Positions 48,688-59,099 of a stretch of 64,000 nt of DNA are shown here, piece after piece. A program made the translations under genes and the position numbers. Position 1 is the first letter of the stretch; every line of letters starts with the position of its first letter. This DNA comes from Pseudomonadota bacterium (GTDB taxonomy: Bacteria; Pseudomonadota; Alphaproteobacteria; JBCCHK01), in NCBI GenBank assembly GCA_039028835.1, contig JBCCHK010000008.1, forward strand, positions 77,463-141,462, in the 5' to 3' direction. The notes below the pieces were generated by a model. It was not told the origin of the DNA. It saw only the letters and a program-made list of their open reading frames with translations, and ran no database searches.

Positions 48688-49203
48688 ATGGTCAAGGCAG
48701 ACGATAAAAAACGAAGGTCAAGGCGGCGGCGCGAAGAGGGCGCAATCCTTGTTCGGGGCGCGACCAAAACCAAGCGCAAAGAGCCCCGGCGGACCTTCCC
48801 GCCTATCGTGGTTTTTTCCCAGCGTAAGGAGTGCCGTGTGCTCGATTGGTCAGCCAAGGGGATCGGGATCGTTTGGCCTGAAAAGGAACTGCCGACCAAG
48901 GATTTCGGCGTGGGGTCGCTCATTTGGTTGAACGTGGTGATCCCTAATAATTCCCGCGAAGTTATGGATGTGCGGGGCCAGGTGCGAAGCATTAGCCCCG
49001 GCGAGGACGATTTTAGGCTCGGCGTTCACTTTATGGATGTCCCCCAGGGCTTTTATGACAAGATGATCTCTTGGGACGACAAAGCCTATCAGCTTTGGAT
49101 CAATGAGCTCAATAAGGCAAAAAGCGATCAAAAAACCCAAGCCGAAGGCACCCAGCAGGTTCAGATCAGCCAGACGCAAGCCAAACGTGCCAACGCGTCC
49201 TAG
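48688..49203 (+). CDS. PilZ-domain c-di-GMP receptor
   Basis: RKEPR (RxxxR), DWSAKG (DxSxxG), GQVR, LGVHF. Confidence 0.8.
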   Translation: MVKADDKKRRSRRRREEGAILVRGATKTKRKEPRRTFPPIVVFSQRKECRVLDWSAKGIGIVWPEKELPTKDFGVGSLIWLNVVIPNNSREVMDVRGQVRSISPGEDDFRLGVHFMDVPQGFYDKMISWDDKAYQLWINELNKAKSDQKTQAEGTQQVQISQTQAKRANAS

Positions 49204-49218
49204 CGCGCAAGCAACATC

Positions 49219-50304
49219 ATGTCTGATAAGATCATGTCTGGCGATTCCCATCTGCAGGCTCTGCGCAAGCGACACGAACAACTTTCGCAAGAACTTGCCC
49301 AGCCGCACGACCACCAGGCCTACGCCGAACTTTCCAGGGAGTATAAATCCTTAGAACCGGTATTCGATAAAATCACCGAGATCGATGCGATCGACGTGCG
49401 GCTAGAGGGAACCCAGGAAATCCTTGCGGACCCAGCCATGGCTGAACTCCACCAGGATGCGCACAGCGAATGCGAGGCCCTCGGCGAGCAACGCAAAATC
49501 CTGCTCACAGACATCGAGACCATGCTTGCCCAGGGCACAAAAGAATCGATACCGCGTATTTTGCTGGAGGTTCGCGCTGGTGCGGGTGGCGATGAAGCGG
49601 GCCTGTTTGCCATGGATTTGCTGGAGATGTACCAAAAAATTGCCGCCCGGCACGGCTGGAAGGTCGAAGTTCTATCGGTCCATGAAAACGAGCGCGGGGG
49701 GTGCCGGGAAGCGATCCTGCGCATCCAAGGGGATGAGGCCTATGATAGCTTACGCTTTGAAAGCGGCGTCCATCGCGTCCAGCGGGTGCCGATCACCGAA
49801 TCCCAAGGACGGATTCACACCTCGGCGGCCAGCGTGGTGGTCTTGCCTGAGCCTGATGAAATCACTTGCGAGATTCATGATAAAGACCTGCGCATCGATA
49901 CCTTTCGGGCCTCAGGGGCAGGCGGGCAGCACGTCAACAAGACCGATAGCGCGGTGCGCATTACCCATATACCCAGCGGTATCGTCGTCGCCGTGCAAGA
50001 TGAAAAATCGCAACACAAGAACAAGGATCGCGCCCTATCGATCCTGCGGACTCGCCTGATGGCGTCGCTTGAACAAGAACAGCAAGCGGCGCAAACCGCT
50101 GACCGGCGAGAGCAAATCAAGAGCGGGGATCGCTCTGATCGCATTCGAACCTATAACTTCCCGCAAAATCGGGTTACCGATCATCGTGTGAAGGTCTCGA
50201 TCCGGCGACTCGATCGCCTTATGACCGGGGAAGGGCTGGAGGCCTTTTGGGAGGAACTCGCGCGAGATGAAAAAGTACGGTTGATTCATGACGCCACAAC
50301 ATAA
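49219..50304 (+). CDS. prfA: Peptide chain release factor 1
   Basis: EVRAGAGGDEA, VHRVQRVPITE (PxT), GAGGQHVN, IRTYNFPQNRVTDHR. Confidence 0.97.
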   Translation: MSDKIMSGDSHLQALRKRHEQLSQELAQPHDHQAYAELSREYKSLEPVFDKITEIDAIDVRLEGTQEILADPAMAELHQDAHSECEALGEQRKILLTDIETMLAQGTKESIPRILLEVRAGAGGDEAGLFAMDLLEMYQKIAARHGWKVEVLSVHENERGGCREAILRIQGDEAYDSLRFESGVHRVQRVPITESQGRIHTSAASVVVLPEPDEITCEIHDKDLRIDTFRASGAGGQHVNKTDSAVRITHIPSGIVVAVQDEKSQHKNKDRALSILRTRLMASLEQEQQAAQTADRREQIKSGDRSDRIRTYNFPQNRVTDHRVKVSIRRLDRLMTGEGLEAFWEELARDEKVRLIHDATT

Positions 50305-51178
50305 CCCTTTGGCTCATTCTCCCCGTCTCCAGGATCCTCCCACGACCCTTGCCGAACTGCTTGCCTGGGGGCAGGCTCAGCTCGCGCCGCGCCCTGCGCG
50401 GGAGGCGCGCCTGCTTATAGCGCACGTCTTGGCGTGTGATCCGATCCGCTTGCTCACCGAAGACGAGATGCCAGTCACGAAGGCGCAGGCGGCGCACTAT
50501 AAAAATTTGATTGCGCGCCGCGTTTGTCATGAACCGGTCGCCCGCCTTATCCGGCGGCGTGCTTTTTGGCAACACACGTTTTTGGTAACCCGGGATGTGC
50601 TGGACCCGCGCCCGGACAGCGAAACCTTGATTGAAACTGCGCTGGAGGCTCGTTTGCCCGATCAAGCGTGGGTGTTAGACCTGGGCACGGGAAGCGGTTG
50701 TTTGTTGTTATCCTTGCTGCAGGCGCGTCCGGATCTGGTGGGGGTTGGGGTGGATGTGTGCCCGCGGGCCCTAAAGGTCGCGCGTTATAACGCTTCGCAG
50801 ATGGGGCTTACGGGACGTGCCACCTTTCATCAAGGCGATTGGCGCAATCCCCAGTGGTCATTTGCGCCGTTTCATGCCATCCTCAGCAATCCGCCTTACA
50901 TTCGCCGCGCAGCATTGCAAACGCTTGCCCCTGAGGTGCGTCTTTATGATCCTGTGAGGGCATTGGATGGCGGGAAAGACGGTCTGACCGCCTATCGCCA
51001 GATCATCCCAAGGTTTGCCGGGCTTTTGCATCGTGATGGTGCTGTCTTTATAGAGGTCGGGGCTGGCCAGAGTGAGGCTGTCACGGATATGATGCGCGCA
51101 GCTGGTCTTGACATTGCCGGGATCACCCAAGACCTGGGTGGCCATCCTCGCTGTATTCATGGGATTTTTAGGCCCTAG
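50288..51178 (+). CDS. prmC: Release factor glutamine methyltransferase
   Basis: PRPDSE, LDLGTGSG, SNPPY, ALDGGKDGL. Follows prfA. Confidence 0.95.
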   Translation: MTPQHNPLAHSPRLQDPPTTLAELLAWGQAQLAPRPAREARLLIAHVLACDPIRLLTEDEMPVTKAQAAHYKNLIARRVCHEPVARLIRRRAFWQHTFLVTRDVLDPRPDSETLIETALEARLPDQAWVLDLGTGSGCLLLSLLQARPDLVGVGVDVCPRALKVARYNASQMGLTGRATFHQGDWRNPQWSFAPFHAILSNPPYIRRAALQTLAPEVRLYDPVRALDGGKDGLTAYRQIIPRFAGLLHRDGAVFIEVGAGQSEAVTDMMRAAGLDIAGITQDLGGHPRCIHGIFRP

Positions 51179-51244
51179 CCCCATGTTCACCGCCCACCCT
51201 AACCCAAGAGCTCACCTCAGGAAAATCTAAGGAAACACGTTTTT

Positions 51245-51649
51245 ATGCGACAAAATAACAGCAACTACCGCCGCCCGCGTGGTCGTCCTGGAGGTTTTGA
51301 CCGCCGCTCGTCCTCGCGCAACCAGGTCTATGATAGCAACGGCCCCGGGGTGCGGGTACGGGGCTCCGCTACCCAAATTGCCGAACGCTACCAAACCATG
51401 GCGCGCGATGCTCTGGCGGCGGGAGATCAAATTAAGGCCGAGAACTTTCGCCAACATGCCGAACACTACCAACGCGCTCTCAATGCCACCGATCAAGTTC
51501 GTCGGCGGGACTCAAGCCGCGAGTCTGGCAATCAGGACAAACGAGAAGAAGAGGGCTCATCCTTTAACTATGACGAACAGGGGCCGCCGCCTGCGCCGCG
51601 CCGCCGTCCCGGCCCGCGGTCTCGGATGAAAGAGGATGACAACCAATAG
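51245..51649 (+). CDS. DUF4167 domain protein
   Basis: YDSNGP.VRVRG.A.QI.ERY..MARDA...GD...AENF.QHAEHY. This family typically lies downstream of prmC. Confidence 0.88.
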   Translation: MRQNNSNYRRPRGRPGGFDRRSSSRNQVYDSNGPGVRVRGSATQIAERYQTMARDALAAGDQIKAENFRQHAEHYQRALNATDQVRRRDSSRESGNQDKREEEGSSFNYDEQGPPPAPRRRPGPRSRMKEDDNQ

Positions 51650-52577
51650 CCAGGTCATCGCCCTGCAGATGGACCCGCTGGAGTCGGTCGATATTCACGC
51701 CGACACCACCTTTTGCTTGGCTTTAGAGGCGCAAAACCGTGGCTATTGCCTGTTTCATTACGACCCGAGTCGCCTGTCTTACGATCAAGGCCACTTGTGG
51801 GCTGAGGGGCACAGGGTGCGCCTGCAAGCCAAAGACGGCGATCCGGTAGCCGAAAAAGAGCCGCAATCGGTCGATCTGAGCACGGTGGCGGTCATTCTTC
51901 TGCGCCAAGACCCGCCCTTTGATATGGGCTACATCACGTCTACCTATTTGCTAGATTTGGTACGCACGCAGGTGCGAGTGGTCAACGACCCGACCGGTGT
52001 GCGCACGATTTCCGAAAAACTCGGTGCCTTGCCCCTTGTTGAGGTCATGCCGCCGACCCTGGTCACCCGGTCCCGTGCGCGGCTGGATGCCTTTCGCGCG
52101 ACCCATAAGGACATCATCGTCAAGCCGCTCTATGGCAATGGGGGGGCGGGCGTTTTTCGGGTTACGCCTGATGATGGTAATTATGAGGTGATTTTAGAGC
52201 AATTCTTTGCCCACAGTCGCGAGCCGATTATGGCGCAACAGTTCTTGGCGGCGGTCAAAGACGGTGATCGGCGGGTTTTGTTCATTGATGGGGAGGCGGT
52301 TGGGGCGATTGACCGGATCCCGGCATCAGGGCAAAGCCGGGCTAATCTGCATGTCGGTGGTAAGGCCCACGCGGCTGATCTTTCTGTGCGGGACAGGGAT
52401 ATCTGCGCTGCGGTCGCGCCAATTTTGCGCACCCATGGGTTATTTTTCGCGGGAATCGATATCATCGGCGGGTATCTGACCGAGATCAATGTGACTTCGC
52501 CTACTGGTATTCAGGAGTATAATCGTCTGAATAACGCCCATCTGGAAACGATGTTCTGGGATCGTTTGGGATTATAG
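51636..52577 (+). CDS. gshB: Glutathione synthetase
   Basis: QMDP, RQDPPFDM.YI, KPL.G.GG, GDRR, RANL.VGG, EINVTSPTG. Confidence 0.96.
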   Translation: MTTNSQVIALQMDPLESVDIHADTTFCLALEAQNRGYCLFHYDPSRLSYDQGHLWAEGHRVRLQAKDGDPVAEKEPQSVDLSTVAVILLRQDPPFDMGYITSTYLLDLVRTQVRVVNDPTGVRTISEKLGALPLVEVMPPTLVTRSRARLDAFRATHKDIIVKPLYGNGGAGVFRVTPDDGNYEVILEQFFAHSREPIMAQQFLAAVKDGDRRVLFIDGEAVGAIDRIPASGQSRANLHVGGKAHAADLSVRDRDICAAVAPILRTHGLFFAGIDIIGGYLTEINVTSPTGIQEYNRLNNAHLETMFWDRLGL

Positions 52578-53167
52578 CGCCCTCTCAGCTTTGACAAGTC
52601 AGTCCTGACGAGAAAAATATCGCATGCGCCGATTTTTTTTGCCTTTAGGGTCAAAATTGGTTAGACTGAGGGGGCTTAAAAAGCACTCTTGAAGACTTGT
52701 GATAAAGGATATCGACGCACGATCTCGCTAAGAAATCCCTAGGAGAGCCTCGCTTTTCTTGGGATTCGTTGGAGAAAATAGGGAATAGGAAATCAAGAAC
52801 AAAGGTGTTGGAAAGGTGCTAAAAAGCCTTGAAAAATCCTGAAATAGTTTCTTGAAATCCTTAAAGTTTCTCAACAACAGGAGAGGTTCAGGCGACAAGC
52901 CTATTAGCAGGTTTGTGACGTGAGCCTACGAAGCGTCCAGGGGGGAGTACTTTTTGGCACAGGAGGGGCCTTTGGCAACGTTCTTAGTAGAAGGGCTTGT
53001 AAAGGCATTGTAACAGGTAGGGGGGTGTTGATCGGTGGGGTCACGTTTTGGTTTTTGTAAGACGTTCTTGCCGGAGAACAGCAGGATAGCCGATTTCGTG
53101 GGGCGAATCGGTTGCCAGCAGGGTCAGGTATCGACGCACTCCTTGTTAAGCGCTCTGTGGGGCGGTC

Positions 53168-54562
53168 ATGAATGATCGATCCCGCAAGGCCACTCCAAAG
53201 GATGTGCCGATGGTAAGCAAGAATGCTGACAATCTCCCCACGGTCACGGCGGGTTTAGGTAAAGATTCGCCAAAAGACACCGCGCAGTTCCTCCAGCGAA
53301 TCAAGGAAATGCGGCAAGCGCGGCAGGACAGAGCCTCTTTGATGGACTCTTCCCTTGTCCTTGCCGTTGTCTCTATCGACTCACTGCGAGACTGGCGTGC
53401 CCAGTTTGGTGAAGGATTAGCCCAGGTCCTCAAAGATATCCTGGTCGATCGAATCCGTGATCGATGTGCGCAAGAGACCGCTTTCTCTCTGTTTCAAGCC
53501 GAGTCAGACATCATGTTCTGTGTCGAGATCGGCAAGCAAAATAACATCCGAGAGGTCATGTTCCACCTCAAGGAGATCATCGAGAGGCCCGTATCGTCGG
53601 GTAACCTCAAGCTGGCTGTCAAAGCGACCATGGGGATGGTTTTGGATCGCGATCCTAGCGCGCCCGCGGAAAGCCTCATCGCCAATGCCCAAACGGCTCT
53701 CGTCAGTGCCACGCGCGCGATCAGCAGCACTCGTATGCGCTTTTATACCCCACAAATGGGGCGCGCCGCCCAGCGCCGCGCCCTGATCGAAAACGACTTC
53801 CCCATGGCCTTGAGTAAGGGAGAGGTCTTCCTGCACTACCAACCGGTCTATGACATCAAGAGCGATTCGTTCGTCGGCGTAGAGGCCCTCTCTCGTTGGA
53901 ATCATACGGATTTGGGAATGGTCTCCCCCAGCGAGTTCATTCCCATCGCGGAGGAAAGCAGTTCGATCACCGACCTAACCCATCACTCTTTAGAGCAGGT
54001 GATCAAGCAAATCGAAGTCTGGGATCGGCAGGACTTTAACGTCGGCTATGTCTTTGTCAACATGTCGACCCGGGTCCTGGCAGATTCAGGATTCTTGCGT
54101 GAGTGTGCCAGCCTGTTGCGATCAACCGAACGGCATCAGGGGCGGATCGGTTTTGAAATTACCGAAGAAAGTGCCGTCGATGATGTTGCCACCGCCATTG
54201 AAAGCCTCAATACCTTACGCGATCACGGCGTGATGATTGCCCTAGATGACTTTGGGGTGGCCTATGCTTCTATGCATATGCTACACAAACTCCCCATCGA
54301 TGTGGTGAAGATCGATCAGTCCTTTATTCGTGGCATGGCTCTCGATGACCGGTCTCGCGCTCTGGTGAGTTCCACCGTGGCTATGGTGCATGGTCTTGGC
54401 ATGCAAGTGGTCGCCGAAGGGGTGGAAGACCGCTTTGAGCTCGATCTGTTGCGCGACATGGATTGTGATCGTGTCCAGGGCTATTTCCTGTCGCGGCCCC
54501 AGGCCTATGACGGGTTGGTTGGGGCGGTATCTAAGGCCCTTAGCGTCCTCAAACAGGTCTAA
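53168..54562 (+). CDS. EAL phosphodiesterase with degenerate GGDEF domain
   Basis: YQP, EALSRW, FIPIAEE, VN.S, EITE, DDFG, KID, AEGVE, QGY. The GGDEF position reads AESDI. Confidence 0.9.
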   Translation: MNDRSRKATPKDVPMVSKNADNLPTVTAGLGKDSPKDTAQFLQRIKEMRQARQDRASLMDSSLVLAVVSIDSLRDWRAQFGEGLAQVLKDILVDRIRDRCAQETAFSLFQAESDIMFCVEIGKQNNIREVMFHLKEIIERPVSSGNLKLAVKATMGMVLDRDPSAPAESLIANAQTALVSATRAISSTRMRFYTPQMGRAAQRRALIENDFPMALSKGEVFLHYQPVYDIKSDSFVGVEALSRWNHTDLGMVSPSEFIPIAEESSSITDLTHHSLEQVIKQIEVWDRQDFNVGYVFVNMSTRVLADSGFLRECASLLRSTERHQGRIGFEITEESAVDDVATAIESLNTLRDHGVMIALDDFGVAYASMHMLHKLPIDVVKIDQSFIRGMALDDRSRALVSSTVAMVHGLGMQVVAEGVEDRFELDLLRDMDCDRVQGYFLSRPQAYDGLVGAVSKALSVLKQV

Positions 54563-54567
54563 CGCGC

Positions 54568-55395
54568 TTAGCCGAGTTCGCGCGCGCGCTGGGCCCCGGC
54601 GGCCACTGCCCGCGCTAATCTCGCTGATAGTGACTCGTCTTCCTGCAGAACTTTGATCGCCGCCGCGGTCACCCCGGCACGGCTCGTCACCCGGGCGCGC
54701 AGCGCATCAGGCGGCGCGGGGTCGGCGGCCAAGAGTGCGCCGCTGCCGATCACCGTTTGGCGGGCAAGTTTGTGCGCGTCAGGCGTGCTTAGTCCCGCGC
54801 GTTCGGCGATCTCAGCTAGGGCTTCGGTCAGCAAAAATACGTAAGCCGGGCCACTGCCGGAAATGGCGCAGATCTCGTCCATCTGGGCTTCTTTGGTCAG
54901 CCAAAGGGTCTCGCCGCAGGATGCCAACAAGGCTTGGGAATCCGTGCGTACGCTTTCGTCAGCGGCGCGGTTGGCAATCAGCGGGGTCACACCCATTCCC
55001 AAAGCTGCCGGGGTGTTGGGCATGGCGCGGATTACCGGCACGTCCGCGCCCCACAGGGACTCAAAACGCGCCAACGGCCAGCCCGCGACCAGCGAGATGA
55101 CCCGTGCACCCTTTGTGATGACCGACTCATAGGCAGGCAGCACCGTCTCCATCATCTGGGGCTTGATCGCCACAATCAGCCAATCGGCTGTCCAATTTCG
55201 ACCTTTATGGGCGGCTAGTGTAGAGTGAGACTCAAAGGTGCTGACCCCTTCCGTGGCAAAATTTTGGGCGGACGGATGAATGGCGCAAACGTCCATCTCT
55301 GGGTTGTCACGTGTGATCGGGTCCGCCACAGCGCGTCCCATGTTGCCGTAGCCAATCATGAGTATGTTGGTCATATTGCCTGTCCTTGTGGTCAT
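54568..55395 (-). CDS. proC: Pyrroline-5-carboxylate reductase
   Basis: IGYGNMG, AIKPQ, RAMPNTP, SGSGPAY, LRARVTS..G.T. Confidence 0.93.
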   Translation of the reverse strand: MTTRTGNMTNILMIGYGNMGRAVADPITRDNPEMDVCAIHPSAQNFATEGVSTFESHSTLAAHKGRNWTADWLIVAIKPQMMETVLPAYESVITKGARVISLVAGWPLARFESLWGADVPVIRAMPNTPAALGMGVTPLIANRAADESVRTDSQALLASCGETLWLTKEAQMDEICAISGSGPAYVFLLTEALAEIAERAGLSTPDAHKLARQTVIGSGALLAADPAPPDALRARVTSRAGVTAAAIKVLQEDESLSARLARAVAAGAQRARELG

Positions 55396-55428
55396 CGCCC
55401 CTCTTGTTCAGTGTGAAGGGCCTGTTTT

Positions 55429-56391
55429 GTGAGGCTTTTTCTTCAGCGAAAGTGGCACAGCTTTACTCAGTGGTGCAAGACACCCTGGCAAACAATCTCG
55501 TTCGTTCGGTTTTTCGTGCTTGGTCTGGCTGTTCTCGTGGTGGTCTGGCTCGGGCTTGCTTTTGGTCTGGTGCACATCATCGACGATGACCCCGACTATA
55601 CCCCGCCTGAGATGGCAGGCCCCCGGACCGTCGCCGTGCTGGCGGGTTTGCTGGAGCGGGAAGTCAATGACCACGGTTGGACCGCCAATGACCCGTGGTT
55701 TTTGCCCGGCTGGATTTTGGATAACAAGCCATCCTATCAGCAGGGCATTTTGCGCAGTATCTCACGCATGACCATCGAGTTGCGCGACAGTCTGGCGCGG
55801 GTACGCGGATCGTCCACCGTCGATCCTAACCTAGAGCGGGCGGCGGGCTTGCTGCAATACCCGCCGGATCGTTGGTATTTTGACTTCTCGGCTTCGATTT
55901 TGCCAGTGGCGCGCGCCGAATCCCAGTATCGCCAAGCGGCGGTCCGTCTACGCGCCTATGGCGAGGCGGTGGTGGCTGATGAGGCCGTCTATGAGCGCCG
56001 AGCTGACAATCTACGCGCCGCCATTGAGCGAATCAGCGCCGATCTCGGCGCGCTCGTCGGGCAAATATACAGCCAAAAACCGACCTTTTGGCTCTGGGAC
56101 CGGGATAGTGATAATCTGTTTTACGGTGCGAAAGGGCAGGTATACGCCTATGGTTTGCTGCTGGCGGCGTTGCGCGAGGACTTTGCCGATGTCATAGACA
56201 ACCATAACCTCGGTAACCAATGGGCACGCACTGAAGAGAGTTTCCAACGAGGGAGTGCTTTGCAGGTGTGGGTTGTGATCCAAGGTGCCCCGGACTCACA
56301 GTTGATCCCCAGTCATCTGATGGGTATGGGGTTTTTTCTTTTACAAGGGCGTACGCAACTCAAGGAAATTGCAGACATTTTGCGAAATTAG
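55429..56391 (+). CDS. DUF2333 family protein
   Basis: N-terminal TM segment, GWTANDP, LDNKP.YQ.G, R..S..D.NL, RADNL, DN.FY..KG, HL..M.F.L. Confidence 0.75.
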   Translation: MRLFLQRKWHSFTQWCKTPWQTISFVRFFVLGLAVLVVVWLGLAFGLVHIIDDDPDYTPPEMAGPRTVAVLAGLLEREVNDHGWTANDPWFLPGWILDNKPSYQQGILRSISRMTIELRDSLARVRGSSTVDPNLERAAGLLQYPPDRWYFDFSASILPVARAESQYRQAAVRLRAYGEAVVADEAVYERRADNLRAAIERISADLGALVGQIYSQKPTFWLWDRDSDNLFYGAKGQVYAYGLLLAALREDFADVIDNHNLGNQWARTEESFQRGSALQVWVVIQGAPDSQLIPSHLMGMGFFLLQGRTQLKEIADILRN

Positions 56392-56392
56392 T

Positions 56393-58315
56393 ATGGCGCG
56401 ACTCTCCCCTCAGTTTTTAGATACCCTCCGCAGCCGGATCACCCTGTCCAGCCAAGTGAGCCAGCACGTCAAGCTGGCCCGTGCTGGCCGTGAGTACCGG
56501 GCCTGTTGTCCCTTTCATGCCGAGAAGACGCCAAGCTTCTATGTCAATGATGAAAAGGGCTTTTATCACTGTTTCGGCTGTGGCGCCCATGGCGATGTCA
56601 TCGGCTTTCTCATGCAGATGACCGGGCAAGACTTTATGACGGTGGTGACGGACCTTGCGACTATCGCCGGGCTGGAGCTTCCCAAGACCAGCCCTGCGGA
56701 AGGGACCTATCGACACGGCGATCTGCACACGTTGCTTGATGCTGCTGCGGGTTTTTTTCAGGATTGTCTGGGCCAGGATCAAGGTCGCCAGGCTCGCACC
56801 ATGATCCGCGAGAGGGGCATCGACGATCAAACGGCCAAAACCTTTCGCCTGGGGTATGCGCCGGCGGACGATAGCCTGATTACCTTTTTGTGTAGCAAAG
56901 GGTTTGATGAAAACCGGCAAGTCTCGGCCGGGATCGCCAAACCCTCCACCCGCAGGGCGGGGCACTATAGCTTCTTTCGCAATCGGCTGATTTTTCCAAT
57001 CTGCGATCAACGGGGGCGAGTCGTCGGTTTTGGCGGGCGCAGCCTGGACGGGCAAGAGCCTAAGTATATCAATAGCCCGGAAACGCCAATTTTTGCCAAG
57101 GGGCAGCAGCTTTTCGGCCTTAATCTCATGGATCGGTCCGTGCGCCGCCCGATCATGATCGTGGAAGGCTATATGGACGTGATCGCGAGCGTAAAGCACG
57201 GTTTTTCGCGGGTGCTCGCGCCGCTGGGTACCGCGGTCACGCCCCAGCATCTGACGATGCTGTGGCGGTATGGTCATGCTGACGAGCAAGAGCTCAATGC
57301 GCCGGTTGCTTGCTTTGATGGGGATGCTGCAGGTCAGCGCGCGGCACGACGCCTTGCGAGCACGGCCCTTGCTCAACTGGAACCTGGGCGCAGTGTGCGT
57401 TTTGCTTTTCTGCCCAAAGGTGAAGACCCCGATAGCTTGCTTAGCCAAGCCGGAGGGCGGGAAACCTTACATGCCATCATCGATCAGGCCATCGATCTGG
57501 TGGATTTTGTCTGGCTGGATGCGGTGCGTAACGGCATCCCGCGAACCCCTGAAACCCGCGCAAAGCTGCGGGTTAACTTGGCCAGCCAAGCGGACCTGAT
57601 TCCTGATCGCACGATTAAAGAACTCTACAGTGCGACCCTCATGCGGCAATTTTTCCAAGCCTGCCGCCCGAGCGGTGAGCGCCCATCGTCCATTGCCAGC
57701 CCGCAATCAAGGGAGCGCAAGCCAACGCCTTGGCCGCAAAAACGCTACGTCGTGCTGCTTTCTATGTTGCTCAATGCGCCCGAGCTGTGGCGATCGTTTG
57801 CTGATAACCTGGAGGTGATTGATTGGCACGATGCCTATTGCCGCAGCATCTTTCACTTGGCCGCACAAATGATCGATCAGGTAGCAGACGAGGAGACAAC
57901 GATCACCGCCCAAGAACTGCACGATAAAATAACTACCCTAGACCCGAGCCTTGTGCGCGCCCTGGCCCGCTTGCGTGAGGTATTCGTAAAACATAGTGGC
58001 CCGCAGGAGAGACTCGGCCAGACGTTCAAAGAGGGCCTTAAGCAAACGCAGCAAGAGCGTCTGCGTAACGATTATCGCGACACCCTCTTGCGCCTTGAGC
58101 AAGAGGACTCCGAACATGATAGAAAACGTATAAGTTTTCTCATGGCGGAAATAGAAAAGATTCTTAATGAGCAAAACTATATGGTCACCGATTATACGCG
58201 CAAGTTTGTTGAAAGCCCAGACTGGTTAGAACCCACGCAAACCTCCCGTGCCAATGTCACGCCGCTCCATCCGCAAGATCAGCCAGAATCTACGGCCGGG
58301 ATCGTCCGATCATAA
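56393..58315 (+). CDS. dnaG: DNA primase
   Basis: CCPFH.EKTPSF..HCFGC zinc finger, FGGR, KYINSPET, EGYMDV, FDGD.AG, DPD. Confidence 0.96.
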   Translation: MARLSPQFLDTLRSRITLSSQVSQHVKLARAGREYRACCPFHAEKTPSFYVNDEKGFYHCFGCGAHGDVIGFLMQMTGQDFMTVVTDLATIAGLELPKTSPAEGTYRHGDLHTLLDAAAGFFQDCLGQDQGRQARTMIRERGIDDQTAKTFRLGYAPADDSLITFLCSKGFDENRQVSAGIAKPSTRRAGHYSFFRNRLIFPICDQRGRVVGFGGRSLDGQEPKYINSPETPIFAKGQQLFGLNLMDRSVRRPIMIVEGYMDVIASVKHGFSRVLAPLGTAVTPQHLTMLWRYGHADEQELNAPVACFDGDAAGQRAARRLASTALAQLEPGRSVRFAFLPKGEDPDSLLSQAGGRETLHAIIDQAIDLVDFVWLDAVRNGIPRTPETRAKLRVNLASQADLIPDRTIKELYSATLMRQFFQACRPSGERPSSIASPQSRERKPTPWPQKRYVVLLSMLLNAPELWRSFADNLEVIDWHDAYCRSIFHLAAQMIDQVADEETTITAQELHDKITTLDPSLVRALARLREVFVKHSGPQERLGQTFKEGLKQTQQERLRNDYRDTLLRLEQEDSEHDRKRISFLMAEIEKILNEQNYMVTDYTRKFVESPDWLEPTQTSRANVTPLHPQDQPESTAGIVRS

Positions 58316-59099
58316 GGCGCGCGAGCAAGGCGACCACAAAAGCCCCCGTCCCCACCAGTACAATGGTTGCCCCGGTGGGCGTGTCATAGACAAAAGACGC
58401 GCCCACCCCAGCAAGAGCCATAGCAAGGCCTACCGTCACACTAGACAGGGCCATCATCGGTGGCGAGGAGGACCAGGTGTGGGCAATCAGCGGGGGGATA
58501 ATCAGCAGTGATGTGGCGAGCAAAACGCCTAAAATCCGGATCGCCATGGTCATATATAAAGCCAAGGCGATCATCAAAATAATCCGCAAACCTGAGGGCG
58601 AGAGCCCCTCCGCGCGGGCCAGCGGGGCGTGCAACGTCGCCGTGACGAGCCGCCGCCAACGCCATAAAATAAGCCCGCACGCCAAGGCACTACCGCACGC
58701 AATCAAAATTATCTCATCCCAAGTGGTGGAGAGAATATCCCCAATGAGGTAGGTTTCAAGATTGATATAGGGATTAAAAGGTACAAAACTCATCGCGACA
58801 ATGCCAGCAGCGAGGGCTCCATGTGCCAAAAGACCCAAGACCGCATCCCCGGTCAAACCACCGATGTGTTGCAAGAAAGGAATCGCAAGGGCGCATAGCA
58901 ATGTCACGAGAAAAATCGCCAGGGGCAAAGGAAAGGGAGATAGAAAAAATCCCAAAGCTGCCCCAAGGAGCGTCATATGCGCGAGAGAATCACCGATGTA
59001 TGCCAGCCGTCGCCAAACCACTAAGCAGCCCAAGAAGCCACCTGCACTACCGGCAATACTGCTTGCGATTAGGGCACGCAGAATAAAATCTTCAACCAT
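58290..59099 (-). CDS. znuB: Zinc ABC transporter permease
   Basis: GCLVVWRR.AY.GDSLAH, YLIGDIL, ARAEG, GVLL.TSLLIIP, TPTGATIV. Confidence 0.92.
   Translation of the reverse strand: MVEDFILRALIASSIAGSAGGFLGCLVVWRRLAYIGDSLAHMTLLGAALGFFLSPFPLPLAIFLVTLLCALAIPFLQHIGGLTGDAVLGLLAHGALAAGIVAMSFVPFNPYINLETYLIGDILSTTWDEIILIACGSALACGLILWRWRRLVTATLHAPLARAEGLSPSGLRIILMIALALYMTMAIRILGVLLATSLLIIPPLIAHTWSSSPPMMALSSVTVGLAMALAGVGASFVYDTPTGATIVLVGTGAFVVALLARLMIGRSRP

Noticed and set aside
56417-57448. 343-aa antisense ORF within dnaG, and similar long antisense ORFs in tctA, tctC, the sulfatase and fbpB
   Set aside because: These are expected from codon bias in GC-rich genes and carry no recognisable motifs.
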